Shown here: one piece after another, positions 37,726 through 49,696 of the stretch
Position numbering within the stretch: the first letter of the stretch is position 1
Layout: each line of letters begins with the position of its first letter
Assembly: GCA_051294375.1 (NCBI GenBank)
Contig: CM119271.1
Span: 16,064,770-16,128,769 of the forward strand
DNA from: Paraspadella gotoi
Lineage: Eukaryota > Animalia > Chaetognatha
DNA length: 64,000 nucleotides
Reading direction: 5' to 3'
Made by a program: the position numbers and the translations under genes
The notes under the pieces: model-generated
Told to the model about the DNA's origin: nothing
Databases searched by the model: none
The model's input: only the letters and a program-made list of their open reading frames with translations

Positions 37726-40700
37726 ATGGACGAGGAGAGGCCCGTCCTCGGCACGAGCCCCACTTCCTCCTTGAGCAACTCTACCAACATCTCTCGATCC
37801 CCGTCGGTAAGACTAAGTAAAACAGCGAGAGAAATTACGCATCACATCTACAAGCAATAAGATAAATTATATATTACAGTTTAAATTAATTTAGAACGAC
37901 TGTCCATTCAAGCAATGGCTGTGTTTTTAGTCGGAATCTGCGATAATCCACTTTGTCGGTGCGTCGGTCCCACCGATAAATGTTGTCGGTAAATCATTTA
38001 AATCATATCAGAACATCGAATTATGATAAATTATGCAAAAAAAAAAAAAAATTATGTTCGTCCGTCTGTCTCTGTCTGTCCCCCCTTAGCATTAAACTCC
38101 AATTACTCGTGATTGGGTGGATGGATTGGAATGAAATTTTGTGTGTGGGTAGGAAATTGTATGATTAAGCTGGATATAAAGTTTCGATGGAATCGTAAAA
38201 GTGGAAATGAGTTTAAAAGTAAAAAAACAAAAGTCACATTCACTTTTTAAATTATGCAAGTTGTAAAAATTATGATAAAGTTGAATAAATTATGCAAGTT
38301 GACCAAATTATGCAAGTTGACCAAATTATGCAAGTTGACCAAATTATGCAAGTTGACCAAATTATGCAAGTTGACCAAATTCTATCATGTTGTTCTTCCC
38401 ACCAACAAAGTGAGCATCTGCTCTGCAAACGCGACATCTCCCGAGAGAAAAACGAAGAGGAAACCTCCTCTTCCCCGCCTTCTCTTCCCCCTCCCGTACG
38501 CTACCTCAGTACGCCGACACGAGACAGAATCACTTCTTCTGTTCGCGCTTTTGCGCTCAGTCTCCCGGTTTTTTTACGAAAATATTTTTTGATTATTTTT
38601 GTTGAAATAATTTTGCATATTTTTTCGTTTCTCTTTTTTTGGAGTTCAGAATACAGATATTCTTCAACATGTGGCTTTTTGAAGTTCTCTCTTCACGGCC
38701 GCCATCTTTTTCGTCTTCGTTGTGCGTGGCTTCGGAGGGAAGAGCCTTGACTCGGCCCTTTCGCTTGCCCTCGACGCACCCTGCGCGCTGCGGAGGAAGA
38801 GCCGCGACTCGGCCCTTTCGCTTGCCCTCGACGCACCCTGCGCGGCTGCGGAGGGAAGAGCCGCGACTCGGCCCTTTCGCTTGCCCTCGACGCACCCTGC
38901 GCGGCTGCGGAGGGAAGAGCCGCGACTCGGCCCTCTCGTTTGCCCTCGGCGCTTAGTACGGCTGCAGGGGGGAAGAACCTTGTTTCGCCCCCTTGTTTGT
39001 CCAGTGCTCTCCGTTTTTTGGACTGAGGCGCGCGTTTTCAACTCGACTACCCTCATGTCTCTTCCGCCGCCGCCTTCGCCACCGCCTCCACCGCCGCCTC
39101 CACCGCTCCACCATCAGCCATTCGGCTTTTCTGGTCAGGCCGAAGTCATGCCCCTTCAGATGGAGGCAGTTCTGCTCCAAATTAGCAACGCTCTTTCTAG
39201 CGTTCGTCGCGAATTTAAGGAGTTTCGCCGCTCGTCTCGTTCCGGTTGGAGAGTCTTCGGCGGTGAGTTCTTTCTTTTCGTTTTGTTTTTTCGCCTTTTT
39301 TTGGCGTACATTCGGCGTACAGAGGGGTTTTCCTCCTGTGCCCACCTAACTCGACTTTGTTTTTTTTGTCGGGCCTTCGCCTGGTCTTGTTACTGGCTCA
39401 CTTTGTTGGTGGGGAAGAACAGCATGATAGAATTTATGGTTCCAAATGGAACCGGGATTCTTCATGGTTCTTCCCCACCAACAACCACCACCGTCCACCC
39501 CTGGCACCACCGGTGGTGGAGGGCGGCTCAGGCTCGCTTGTCTTGTTTAGTGGGTTTTTTGGGGTTCTTTTTTTGAGACTGTCATTTTTCAATGATTTCT
39601 CTTTTTTTCCATGTACGTTTTCTTCATGGTTCTTGGACGCTCTGTTCGCCATTTCGCCGTTCTTTCGTCGGTCTTCGTTTGTTCGCCAGCGACTTGGAGT
39701 CTTCGCGTTCTTTGGCGGCTCTTTCGGCGGCGGATCGGCCTTCACGCTCCGAGCGGGTGACTGCATCACGCCTTCCTCGTCGAGCCCCTTCTGCGCAAGT
39801 CGACGACGACGCCTCCGTTTCCGGATCAGAGGAGGTTTCTCCTCTGAAGAGTCTGCTGCGGGGTTTGACAACTTCTTGTCTCGTCGTGCTTCTGTACAGC
39901 CTTCGGAGTGGGTCCTACAGCAGTGGAGGGATTTGCGCAGAGTTGGCCAGGACGACATTCTTTTACCGTTGTGGGACGTGCTTTCCGCCAATACGCGTTT
40001 CCGGCGCTGGTCGGATGTCTCTTCGCCGGCGGATTTTCGTCCTCCTGCTCAAGAGAGTTGCCTTGCCGCTCAGTTCGACGCCGTTCGGAAGGACTCCAAG
40101 ACGACGCGCGCTTTCAAGGCTTTTGAGCGCATCATGAGGGACGCCGGAGCGTCCGCTCATGCTGTCCTTTCTGTCGCTGACGCTCTCCGCCTCATGGTTG
40201 AGGCCTACGCTCGGAGGGCCCGGTGCAGTGGACGCAGGCCACCTTGACGATCTTGCCAAGCCCCTTGGAGACGCCTCGTCGGGTTTGGCGGCGATTTTTG
40301 GTTCGGCCCTCTCCGAGTCTCGGCGCTTAGTTGTCGACGCTGCCCCTTCGGATCTCAAGACAGTTCTGTCCAGTTCTCCGCCCTCCACGTCGTTCTTTTT
40401 CGGAGACCGCTCCACAGACGTCACTCAAGCGTTCCATTCTTCGCTTCTCCGCTCCGGGGCGCCACACAATTGCGCCTGTTCTGCTAGCCGCAAGCGTGGC
40501 GTGGCAGTCCGCGTAGTTCCGCTCGCCGTCCCTACCGGCCTCACAAGTCTTCGCGCCTCCCAAGCGTAGGGCGGGCTCCAGGGACGTCTAAGGACGCCGA
40601 CTGATCGCCCGACAGCTCTTTCGGCCATTGCCTCGTCCGGCCGTCAAGTTTCTCCAGGCCCGGCTTTCGTCCATGGACTGGTTCTTTGCGTTTCTCATCC

Positions 40701-42344
40701 CCCCTTCTACGACGTCCGGTCAAGTGGGCGTAGCACGTCACCGGAAGTCTTTGCGGGATTCCCCCCTCTTGGTTTGCTTGGTTACGAGTGATTCTGTCTC
40801 GTGTCGGCGTACTGAGGTAGCGTACGGGAGGGGAAGAGAAGGCGGGGAAGAGGAGGTTTCCTCTTCGTTTTTCTCTCGGGAGATGTCGCGTTTGCAGAGC
40901 AGATGCTCACTTTGTTGGTGGGGAAGAACCATGAAGAATCCCGGTTCCATTTGGAACCATAAATTATGCAAGTTGACCAAATTATGTCAGTTGACCAAAT
41001 TATGTCAGTTGACCAAATTATGTCAGTTGACCAAATTATGTCAGTTGACCCAATTATGTCAGTTGACCCAAATTATGTCAGTTGACCAATTATGTCAGTT
41101 GACCAAATTATGTCAGTTGACCAAATTATGTCAGTTGACCAAATTATGTCAGTTGACCAAATTATGTCAGTTGACCAAATTATTAGTTGGTTTTGGTGCA
41201 GCTACTGGTTCATTGATAGATTAATTTATTTATAGATTTTTTCATAGTTTTATTAAGAAGTATGTTATGATTTGTTATGTTATGATTTTTTTAATCTGTT
41301 AAGATCATAAATTGAAAGTCAGAAAATATTACCGTGATTTATCATCGGATTAGCTGATTACCACTAAATTATCGACATTGTTTGCTCAAACTTTTTTTTA
41401 ATAATTAATAAAATGTTATGTACTAATTCATAAGTAACTAAAAAATATAACGTTCAAGGATCAGATGCCAAAATCATAGCTTTTGTAAAGCTTTAAAAAA
41501 AACGTTTTTTGCTTAAACTTGATGATTTTTGATGATTAGTTTTTCTATATCATCTCAAGACATTACCTCTTGTAGTCTTTAAGATTAAGCAAAAATACTT
41601 TCATTCGTAAATCAACAATACTACTATAAATATCTTAATATTTTTAGCTACACTTACTCTTGAGCTATAGCTTGCCCAATAAAAAAAACCTTTGAAAAAT
41701 AAATAAAAAAGATAAAAGAAATAATCTAAACGCCTTCATTATGCAAATGAGATTGAGAAAGTCATTCTTTCTCATTTCTCTACTTTTCCCATTCCTCAGC
41801 CCGACTCGCCCGGTTCTCCGTCCGTTTCTGCTGTCGTTTGGGCCAAGATGAAAGGATTCCCCGCTTGGCCCGCGCGAGTCGTCGACCCCAACGACGACCA
41901 ACTGACGCCCAGCGTGAGACGCGAGGCCGTCCGCGCTCCGACCAACGCCAAATTCGTTCGGTTTTACGGGACGCACGACTATTCTTGGGTCCAGGTTTGT
42001 TATTGTAGCTGGGAATTTGATCCGCGCTGGTAGGATTTGAATCTTGGTTAATCGGGGTTTGTCACAAAACATTTTAGCGAATTGGTACAACTAATAAAAC
42101 GTATTACAAAGTGTTTAGGTGACTTTAGGTTTCGGGAAGGGTTTGGGGAAAGAATGTTTATTGTACATGCATAGTTTGGTCCAAGCAGTTCCGGTTCGAT
42201 TTCGGTTTTAACTCTTTTATTTGCGCTGATAAAAAAATTTAGGGGAAAAACCGAACGACCCTCATGTTTGGATCTCGTTGTATTTAGCGTTTTAATTACC
42301 AAACAATCGAAAAATATGTAAATTTTAGTAAAAAAAATTTATTA

Positions 42345-42392
<48 letters not shown>

Positions 42393-44999
42393 AATATTGA
42401 GATTATCATTATATGTAATTCAGATATCGGAGATCCTCTGGCCTTTCGAGAATCATTCCCATCTCGAAGAGGCAGCGAAGAAGAAAGGAAGGAAGCAGCT
42501 ACTCAAAGCCGTCTTGGAGGCCAAAGCTGACGGCCAATCCCACTCGCTCAACAACAACAACAACGACGACGAAGAATCGAACCACGACCACCACAACAAC
42601 AACAACAACGATCGCCACGCTCGTTTCCAAGGCAACGGAGACATTAAGATCGAGACGGGCGACGACGAATCGGATGTCAAACCGGATGTAAACTCTAGAG
42701 TCAAATTGGAATCGACGTCGTCGTCGTCGTCTTCAAAAAAGAAAAATAAATCTTCCTCCTCCCACACGCATCGCCTGTCCTCCTCCTCTTCCGTCATCTC
42801 TCCTCTCCCTCTTCTCCCATCGACACTGACCTTTGACCTCGACAAAGTCATCCGCGGCGGCGCAAACGATAAGCGGCGCTCCGACGCCGTCGACGGAGTC
42901 GCGGCGCCCAAAAAGCCTAAAACGAACGAATCTCCTTCGATCAAAGTCGAAATCAAAGCGGAACCCTTTTTCGACGGCGGATTTTCGCCGCCGACGCCGC
43001 CGGAAGCCAATCCCGCTCCTCCGGCGCCGTCGCCGAGAAAAAATAGACGAGACTCGTTGGGTGCGTCGCCGTCGCCGACGAAGCGGGACGGGAAGAAGAG
43101 GGCGTCGTCGTCGTCGTCGTCATCGTCGTCGGCGTATTCACCTCCTTTCGGAAAACCTTATCCCAACCAACGAACCTCGATTCAATATCACGAGTATTTC
43201 CAAGAATGGACGGTGGAGGATTACATCAATGTGACCAAATACTTCACTAAACCTGGAACCTTCATCGCTGGTGAGGAGGCAAAGGGAGGATGTGGTAGAG
43301 GCTCTTCCAATTTCCAACAATTATCTGAAATTATATTAAATTATATTAAATCTGAAATTACCATCTGGCGAACGAGCAATCGCGCTTCTTGCTTAAATTA
43401 GTAAAAAAGTTGCACTTTTATGAGTTATTTCTTTAAAAATTCATAGATTTTCTGAATGTATGTGCATCTCTCTATGATTGATGAATGAATGAATGAATGA
43501 ATGAATGAATGACCATGTAAATTAAATGAAACTGTTCTGTCGGTGAATATCTTCTTAAATGATCTCATGATTTCTTCCCCTAAATAATCTTTCCGACGAA
43601 CGACAAATTTTCCTGTTGCTCGATGAATGTTTCCCTCGCTCGATGATGAACCTCCATTTAATGAATGAACGAATCCCGAGTGAATAAGACTATGAATGTT
43701 CCCCATTCAGGTCAGGACTTCACCGTCGACGGCGACACGTGGCGTCTTCGTCTCTACCCTTGCGGCGACACGGGAGGCAAAGGCAATGAGAAATTCGTCG
43801 GCGTCTACGCTGAACTTTTGGAACGCGGGATTTCGGCTCCCTCGCCCGATGTCAAGGCCGTTCTGAAGTGAGTAGTTGTGGGGGATTGTTGAATGTTGCT
43901 TGTTTTTGGTTGTACCTCATTGTAAATGGTCAATGACAGTACTGTTTTAAATTGCAAAAAAAACAAAACAACTGAATAGTGTGCCAAGATAATCCCTATG
44001 CATCAATTGGTTAAAATGTGTGAATTTTCATTCCAGGTTCTCGATTCTGGACAAAGACAAGAGAAAGATCTGGGGCGAAGAGATGGCGGCCTACACGGCT
44101 CAATCTCTTCTCTTCTCGATGGAAAAAGAAAAGAAAAGAAACGTGTTGGGTTATTCGCAGTTCGTCAGTCGAGACACTCTCTTTAAACACAAGGACCTCT
44201 TCCTTCCGGGAGGAAGTCTCACGCTTGGTGAGGGATATCCAGTTTTCTAACATTAATATTTACTTCACTATATTATTATTAATATTTGTTTATTTTAGTA
44301 CTTATTGATAAATATAGTATTAATTTTTCCCATTGAAGGCGCGACCATTATCGTCCTCGGCGACATAAAGACTCGAGTCCTGACTCGCGCTCCTCCTTAC
44401 ACCAACGCCACCGTCGCCGCCCGCGACTTCGCCAGCCTCATCGACGATCCTATCTTCTCGGACTTCACCATCACTGTAGAGGTATTTAGTTTAATGCTCT
44501 AATTTCAATACTGTATAACCTAAATTAATACTGAAATGGATCGTTTTTTAAGGGAAAAAGCATCCGGGTTCACAAAGCCATTCTCGCCGCTCGCTCATCC
44601 GTCTTCAGGTTTCTTAAAAAGAATTAACATCAAATCAAATATTAATAATTGACTCTTAAATTGACATTATTTTCCAGGGACCTCTTCCTCCGCCAAAAGG
44701 ACATCCACGCCTTCGACAACATCGACGTCACCGACGTCTCCTTCCCCGTCTTCCGCGACCTCCTCCTCTTCATCTACTCGGGCTACTCCGCCATCCTCAA
44801 GGACAAACCCTTCGATCTTCCCGCCGATGTGGCCGCCGTCTACGAAGACGAGACCGACGCCGTTCGTCTCGATTTCCTCCGCGATTTGGCCGACGCGGCC
44901 GACAAGTACAAGCTCGTCGAACTCAAGGCCAAAGCGCGTCAATGTTTGGACAAGTTGTCGCCCTTCGTCGCCGAGGATTCCCTGGCCGAAGAATCGTGA
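37726..44999 (+). CDS. PWWP-MATH-BTB protein (SPOP-like with an N-terminal PWWP domain)
   Basis: Phase-compatible exons 37726-37806, 41800-41994 (VVWAKMKGFPAWPARV...VRFYGTHDYSWV), 42424-43270 and onward. MATH: WRLRLYPCG...FVGVYAEL...FSIL...LGYSQFVSRDTL. BTB: FSDFTITVEGKSIRVHKAILAARSSVF...FRDLLLFIYSG...AADKYKL. Confidence 0.88.
38040..38200. repeat. Possible Helentron/DINE-like non-autonomous fragment
   Basis: GTCCGTCTGTCTCTGTCTGTC microsatellite followed by GATTGGAATGAAATTTTGTGTG. Similar (GTCY)n cores occur at ~718 and, inverted, at ~11210 and ~29420. Confidence 0.35.
38252..38381 (+). repeat. 18-bp minisatellite (TTATGCAAGTTGACCAAA)n, left part
   Basis: About five perfect units plus degenerate leading units; interrupted by the DIRS-like element. 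Confidence 0.95.
38377..40965 (+). mobile_element. Non-autonomous DIRS1-like (tyrosine-recombinase class) retroelement
   Basis: ~143-bp ITRs at 38392-38534 and 40787-40929, different terminal extensions, and an internal complementary region (39396-39484) equal to the reverse complement of the joined ends. AAATT occurs at both termini. Frameshifted gag-like ORFs lie at ~39700-40440. No RT/RNaseH/YR coding sequence is seen. Confidence 0.85.
38725..38936 (+). repeat. ~60-bp GC-rich tandem repeat (about 3.5 units) inside the DIRS-like element
   Basis: GCGGCTGCGGAGGGAAGAGCCGCGACTCGGCCCTTTCGCTTGCCCTCGACGCACCCTGC repeated. Confidence 0.9.
40961..41182 (+). repeat. 18-bp minisatellite, right part (TTATGTCAGTTGACCAAA)n
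   Basis: About 12 units. The first unit is the left-type TTATGCAAG; the rest are the TTATGTCAG variant. Confidence 0.95.
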
Positions 45000-45537
45000 A
45001 CCGATTGACGGGGGCGGGGACGCGAGACGGAAGCCTCGTTTTATCGCCTATTTTCTTTGCAAGACGTAGTTTTATATTCTTTCCGCCCCGATTCTAAATT
45101 TGACCTTTGACATGGAACTTTTATTGTTAAGGATGGTGGATAGTTTTTCTGCCTAAACTAACTTATATGTAATCCTTTATTCTTGATTCCTGAAATATTG
45201 TCAAAATGATGGGGAGAAAATGGGGAATTTTTGAACAATGGACTTCATTTTCGTTATTTTAATTATGAATTTTTCTTGAACTACTTGATATGAATCTCCT
45301 TCTTCGCCGCCAATCCTCCCCCCTCTCCAATTTTCGCACAACTAGTGGCATTTGTTTTCATTTTTTCTTTTCCACCTCGACGTGATATTTATTTTTTGAA
45401 ATGTTTCATTTTTTTGTATTGAAGAATTTGAATGATTCTTTGAGCAATATTAATATATGCCGATTCTTTGTTTTTTTTTGTTCTCTCAGAGATTAAAAAA
45501 AAGGCTTCCGCTTTTTAATAATAAATAAACAAAAAGG

Positions 45538-46945
45538 ATGGCGCTTCGATTGAGCGGCGGATTGGCGGCGCGTCTTGTCGCCAGATCGGCAAATGCGGCG
45601 CCAATGCTGAGCCGACGACGATACAGCGAAATGCCCCTCGTCTTTTCCACACCCAACGAGTCAGTTAATCTTGTCGTTGTTTTGTATGACGCCGATACTG
45701 TTTGTTATTATTATTCGTCTTTTTTTGTTGATTAATAGCTTGTTAAATTAGACAATTAATACTTTAAAATCCTTTTTTTTGTGTGTGTTCAGAGTTTTCT
45801 ACAACAACGATTCAGTGAAGCAAATCGACGTTCCTTCCTTCAGCGGAGCCTTCGGGATTCTTCCCAATCACGTCCCCACCATGGCCGCCCTCAAACCCGG
45901 CGTGGTTAGTTAATCTCTTTAGTCTGATGAATATCTGTAATAAGACTGATTATTGGTATTGGAAGAATGAATTCTAATAGACGCCTTATCTGCCGTGACT
46001 CTTTCTCTCTCTTTCTCTTCTTCCTTTTACATTGTCTTGCTCTCCCCAACTCTCCCCCTCCCCCCCTTTCCACTACGCCAGGTCTCCGTCTCCGAAGAGA
46101 ACGGCAACACCGTCAAGTACTTCGTCTCCAGCGGAACTGTGACGGTCAACGCGGACGCGTCGGTGCAGCTTCTCGCCGAGGAGGCCTGTCTTCTTTCTGA
46201 CATCGACGTAAGTGAAGGAGGAGAAAGAGGAGGAGGAGGTTTATGAAATGATTGAGTCATCGTTATCGTGTCTATGACTTGATTCGATATTCAATCTCAA
46301 ATTTCGTTGCTTCTCAATTTCTATTCCGCCCACAGCTAACGGACAGAGTGATAGACTTTTTTAAATCTTCGCGTTTGCTTGGTTGTCTCTCAGCTTTTCT
46401 TCACATCTTCTTTGTTTAATTCAATTGTATTTTGGTCTTTTTTGGCCTCTTCCCATTGGCCTCTTCCTCTCGGCCTCTTCCTCTCGGATTAAATCGCGAC
46501 GAAAACTCGAATCTGGTTTTTCTCGATTTTCTTCTTTTATTTTTCTTCGTCCCGACGAATAACGAAATCTAAAGTCCGGATAACAACAACAAAAATAACA
46601 ACTCGAATCTCAGTTCGATCAAAAATTGATTCGTCAGCGTTTTTTTATTTTTTGTTCCTTCTTTCATTTTCCTGGTTTAATCCCAAAAAATGGTTTTGTT
46701 GCAAGATTTGAATAATTTATATCAAATTTATCAACGTCCCATATTTTAAAAAACCGGTCATTTATGATTTTAATGTATTGTATTGTAAATAAATAGTAGA
46801 TATTTATTACTTTTAGGCGAACTTGGCCCGCGACGCCCTCAACGCGGCCAACTCTTCTCTCTCCTCCGCCAAAGACGAAGTGGAGAAGGCGGAGGCCTCC
46901 ATCGCCGTCGAGGCCGCCGAGGCCATCGTCAAGGGCATTTCTTAG
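45538..46945 (+). CDS. ATP5F1D: Mitochondrial ATP synthase F1 subunit delta
   Basis: Transit peptide, then VKQIDVPSFSGAFGILPNHVPTMAALKPGV, KYFVSSGTVTVNADASVQLLAEEA, KAEASIAVEAAEAIVK. Stop TAG at 46943-46945. Confidence 0.96.
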
Positions 46946-47184
46946 AAATGGGCGAGAGACAGAGAGCGAGACGCCAGTCTTGGAAGAGACTCCGGGAGAG
47001 ACTGATAGCGAGAGGACGTCGCCGTTTGACTTCTCTTCATTTTTGACTTTTCTCTTTTCTCTGAAAATCATGAAAAAATGAAAATGAATCGATTTTTTTT
47101 TTTGACGGTTTATTTAAACTCAGATGATTTAAAATTATTGCTCTTTACCGCCAACTGAAATAAATAAAAGAATAGCAAAAAACT

Positions 47185-49269
47185 ATGCGCAAACGCGAGG
47201 TGGTCGCCTGCTCCATCCACCGATGGCTTCGGATCTTCAAAGACGTCTCCGTCGACACGAGACTCATTGCATTGACCGACCCTAAGTTCCTCGCTTACCT
47301 CATCGGGGAAGGGGAGGCCACGCTGCGGCTGCCGCGGGGGAAAGAAGCGAAGGGTGAGTGAAAGGCTGCTGCGGAGGGAAGAAAGTAGGAAAAGGTTGGG
47401 GTCAAGGGTGGTCTGGTAATTGGGATCTGAAGGTTGGGGAACTGAAGGTTGGGGTCATGGGTGGTCTGGAAATTGGGAACTAAAATAAATGGTGTTTAAA
47501 TGTCCTTATTTTTTCGCACGCACCTATTGCACCTTCCGAACATTCTCCCAGCCTTTTGTTCGCATTTACCTATTAATGTTAACCCCTTTAAATCTCCACC
47601 TCTAATTAAGGAACAGAAGATTGAATATTTTATTGATTCATTCATTTTTCTCCTTAAAGANNNNNNNNNNGACGAAGTGAGCGGCTCCGACGAAGGATTC
47701 GCCGATCAAGGCGACGACGATGAAGACGACCTCGAGTCTCCTTCTTTTCCCGAAATCGAATCCGTAGTCCATCGCGCCATCGAGGAATTGGGTTCGTTTT
47801 GCACTTTGCTTTGTTTTGTTTAATGTTTATTTATTTTATTTGTATTATTGTTTTTGTCTTTTTTTTTAAGGCGGGCTGTTATCCCGAAACTGAACTTTTC
47901 GTTTTGTTTAATGTTTATTTATTTTTCAAAGTAGAAGAGTTTTTATTGGATATAAAAACGTTTTTTATTTTTATTGAACAAGTTTCGACTTCTTCATCAG
48001 CGCAAAATTGATTTAACGAGTTTTTTTGTCAAGCAATATATGAAGAGAGAGAGAGAGAGAGATTAAAGTAGCCATTATTTATTATATTTGTAGTATCGTT
48101 TTCGTGTTTTCTTTTAAGGCGGGGCTGTCATCCCGAAACTGAACTGGAGCGCGCCCAGAGACGCGACTTGGATCTCTCACGACAAAAGTCTTCGCTGTTC
48201 CGATTTTAACGAGATCCTCCTCTTGATGAAGGTTGGCGAGTGTGGGAATAGAAGATTAGAAGAGAAGAATAGAAGATTAAAAGAAGAGAGAGACAGAAAG
48301 AAAGAGTTAAGAATAGAATATAAACATGAAAAGGTAAAGAAAAAGTTAAATGATAAAGAGAATGAGAGGTCAAAGGAAGTCATTTTAATAAATAATTCAT
48401 AATTAGTAAATTAATCCCTCTTTTTATATTTACAAGAGTAGCGATTTCGTCCTTCGTGATTTGACGGAACCCTTTGTCAAATGCGATGACGACGACGAAA
48501 ATGACGACGACGACGAAGATAAACTTTTTCTTACTCTTCGCCGCTGGAGGGACGACATCCGCCCATCCTCCGGTTAGATTATGTGGCGCTGGGAAATATT
48601 TAATCATGAATCTAAATAGTATAAAACTCCAATTATTACTTGTTTGGTTATAGTTTTCGTATTTTTTCGGAATTCGTTCACAATTACATCTCGCTTTCTC
48701 ACCAGAATTCCGCTGCTTCGTCGCGGATCGAGAGTTGATCGCCGTCAGTCAACGACACGACGACGTCTTCTTCCCTTCTATCTTGGAGGGCGAAGGGCGA
48801 ATCGTCGAGGGCGAAGGGCGAATCGTCGCTCGGATTCGAAGTTTCGTGGACGAATTCGTCGCGAGTCGATTCGAGTTGAAAACATTCGTCGCAGACATCT
48901 GCTTGATGTGAGTTGTCGTTGTTGTTACTCCCTTCCTCCCATCATCTCCTCGTCACCATTTCCTCGCCTCTCAGGTCTCAGGGTCGCCCCCTTCTCATCG
49001 ACCTCGGCCCCTGGGGTCACGTGACCGACCCGCTCCTCTTCACTTGGTCCGAACTGACCGACATCCGCCTCGGAGTCGGCCAGACTCTCTCGACGCCAGA
49101 GTTCCGTTTCGTCGACTCGGAATCCGGAGTGAAGCCTTCCAAGTTCTCCTTCTCCGCGATGCCCCTCGACTTCCAACATCTCGTCACTGGGGAAGACCCT
49201 AACAAGCTCGTCGACTTTCTCGATCTCGCGCGCCGACGACAAAGCGAAGAGGAAGACGAGAGGACTTAA
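47185..49269 (+). CDS. CDC123: Cell division cycle protein 123 homolog (D123, eIF2 assembly factor)
   Basis: [52 protein letters not shown]...[45 protein letters not shown]. An assembly gap at 47661-47670 hides one acceptor. Confidence 0.94.
47661..47670. other. Assembly gap (10 N)
   Basis: A run of n characters. Confidence 1.
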
Positions 49270-49696
49270 AAATCTCTTTTCTATTATTATATTTTAAATT
49301 TATAAATATAATAATTGACTGTTAGAATTGTAATGGCTAATTCCGGTTTAACGTTCTACGAATCGTCATTCGGTTTTTCGTGTTCATTCATCTCATTTCC
49401 TGACATTTTCGTTATACGCGCCAACTTCTATTTCATTATTTAACTCTTGTTTTAATGTTACATACTTTTCCAGTTGAAACCAAAGCGACGATGTGATATT
49501 TTTATCGTTTTTATTGTCAGAATTTCGGTTTCGCCTTTCGACTCGAAGTCGCACGAGTTTCACCAAAACAAAATGACTCAGTTCGCGGAATCGACTCTCT
49601 CTCTCCGAAACTTAACTTAAAATAACTAAAAACAAAATCACCTAAAAAATAAAAACAAAACTGCAAAGACAGTTAAATAAGAGAGAGATAGAGAGG

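Noticed and set aside
38254-41224. ORFs with LCKLTK/MQVDQI repeats, and a CRISPR-like look
   Set aside because: These are translations of the 18-bp minisatellite. The units are contiguous with no unique spacers, and the context is eukaryotic.
47395-47485. G-rich local duplication in CDC123 intron 1
   Set aside because: A simple short tandem duplication with no further structure.
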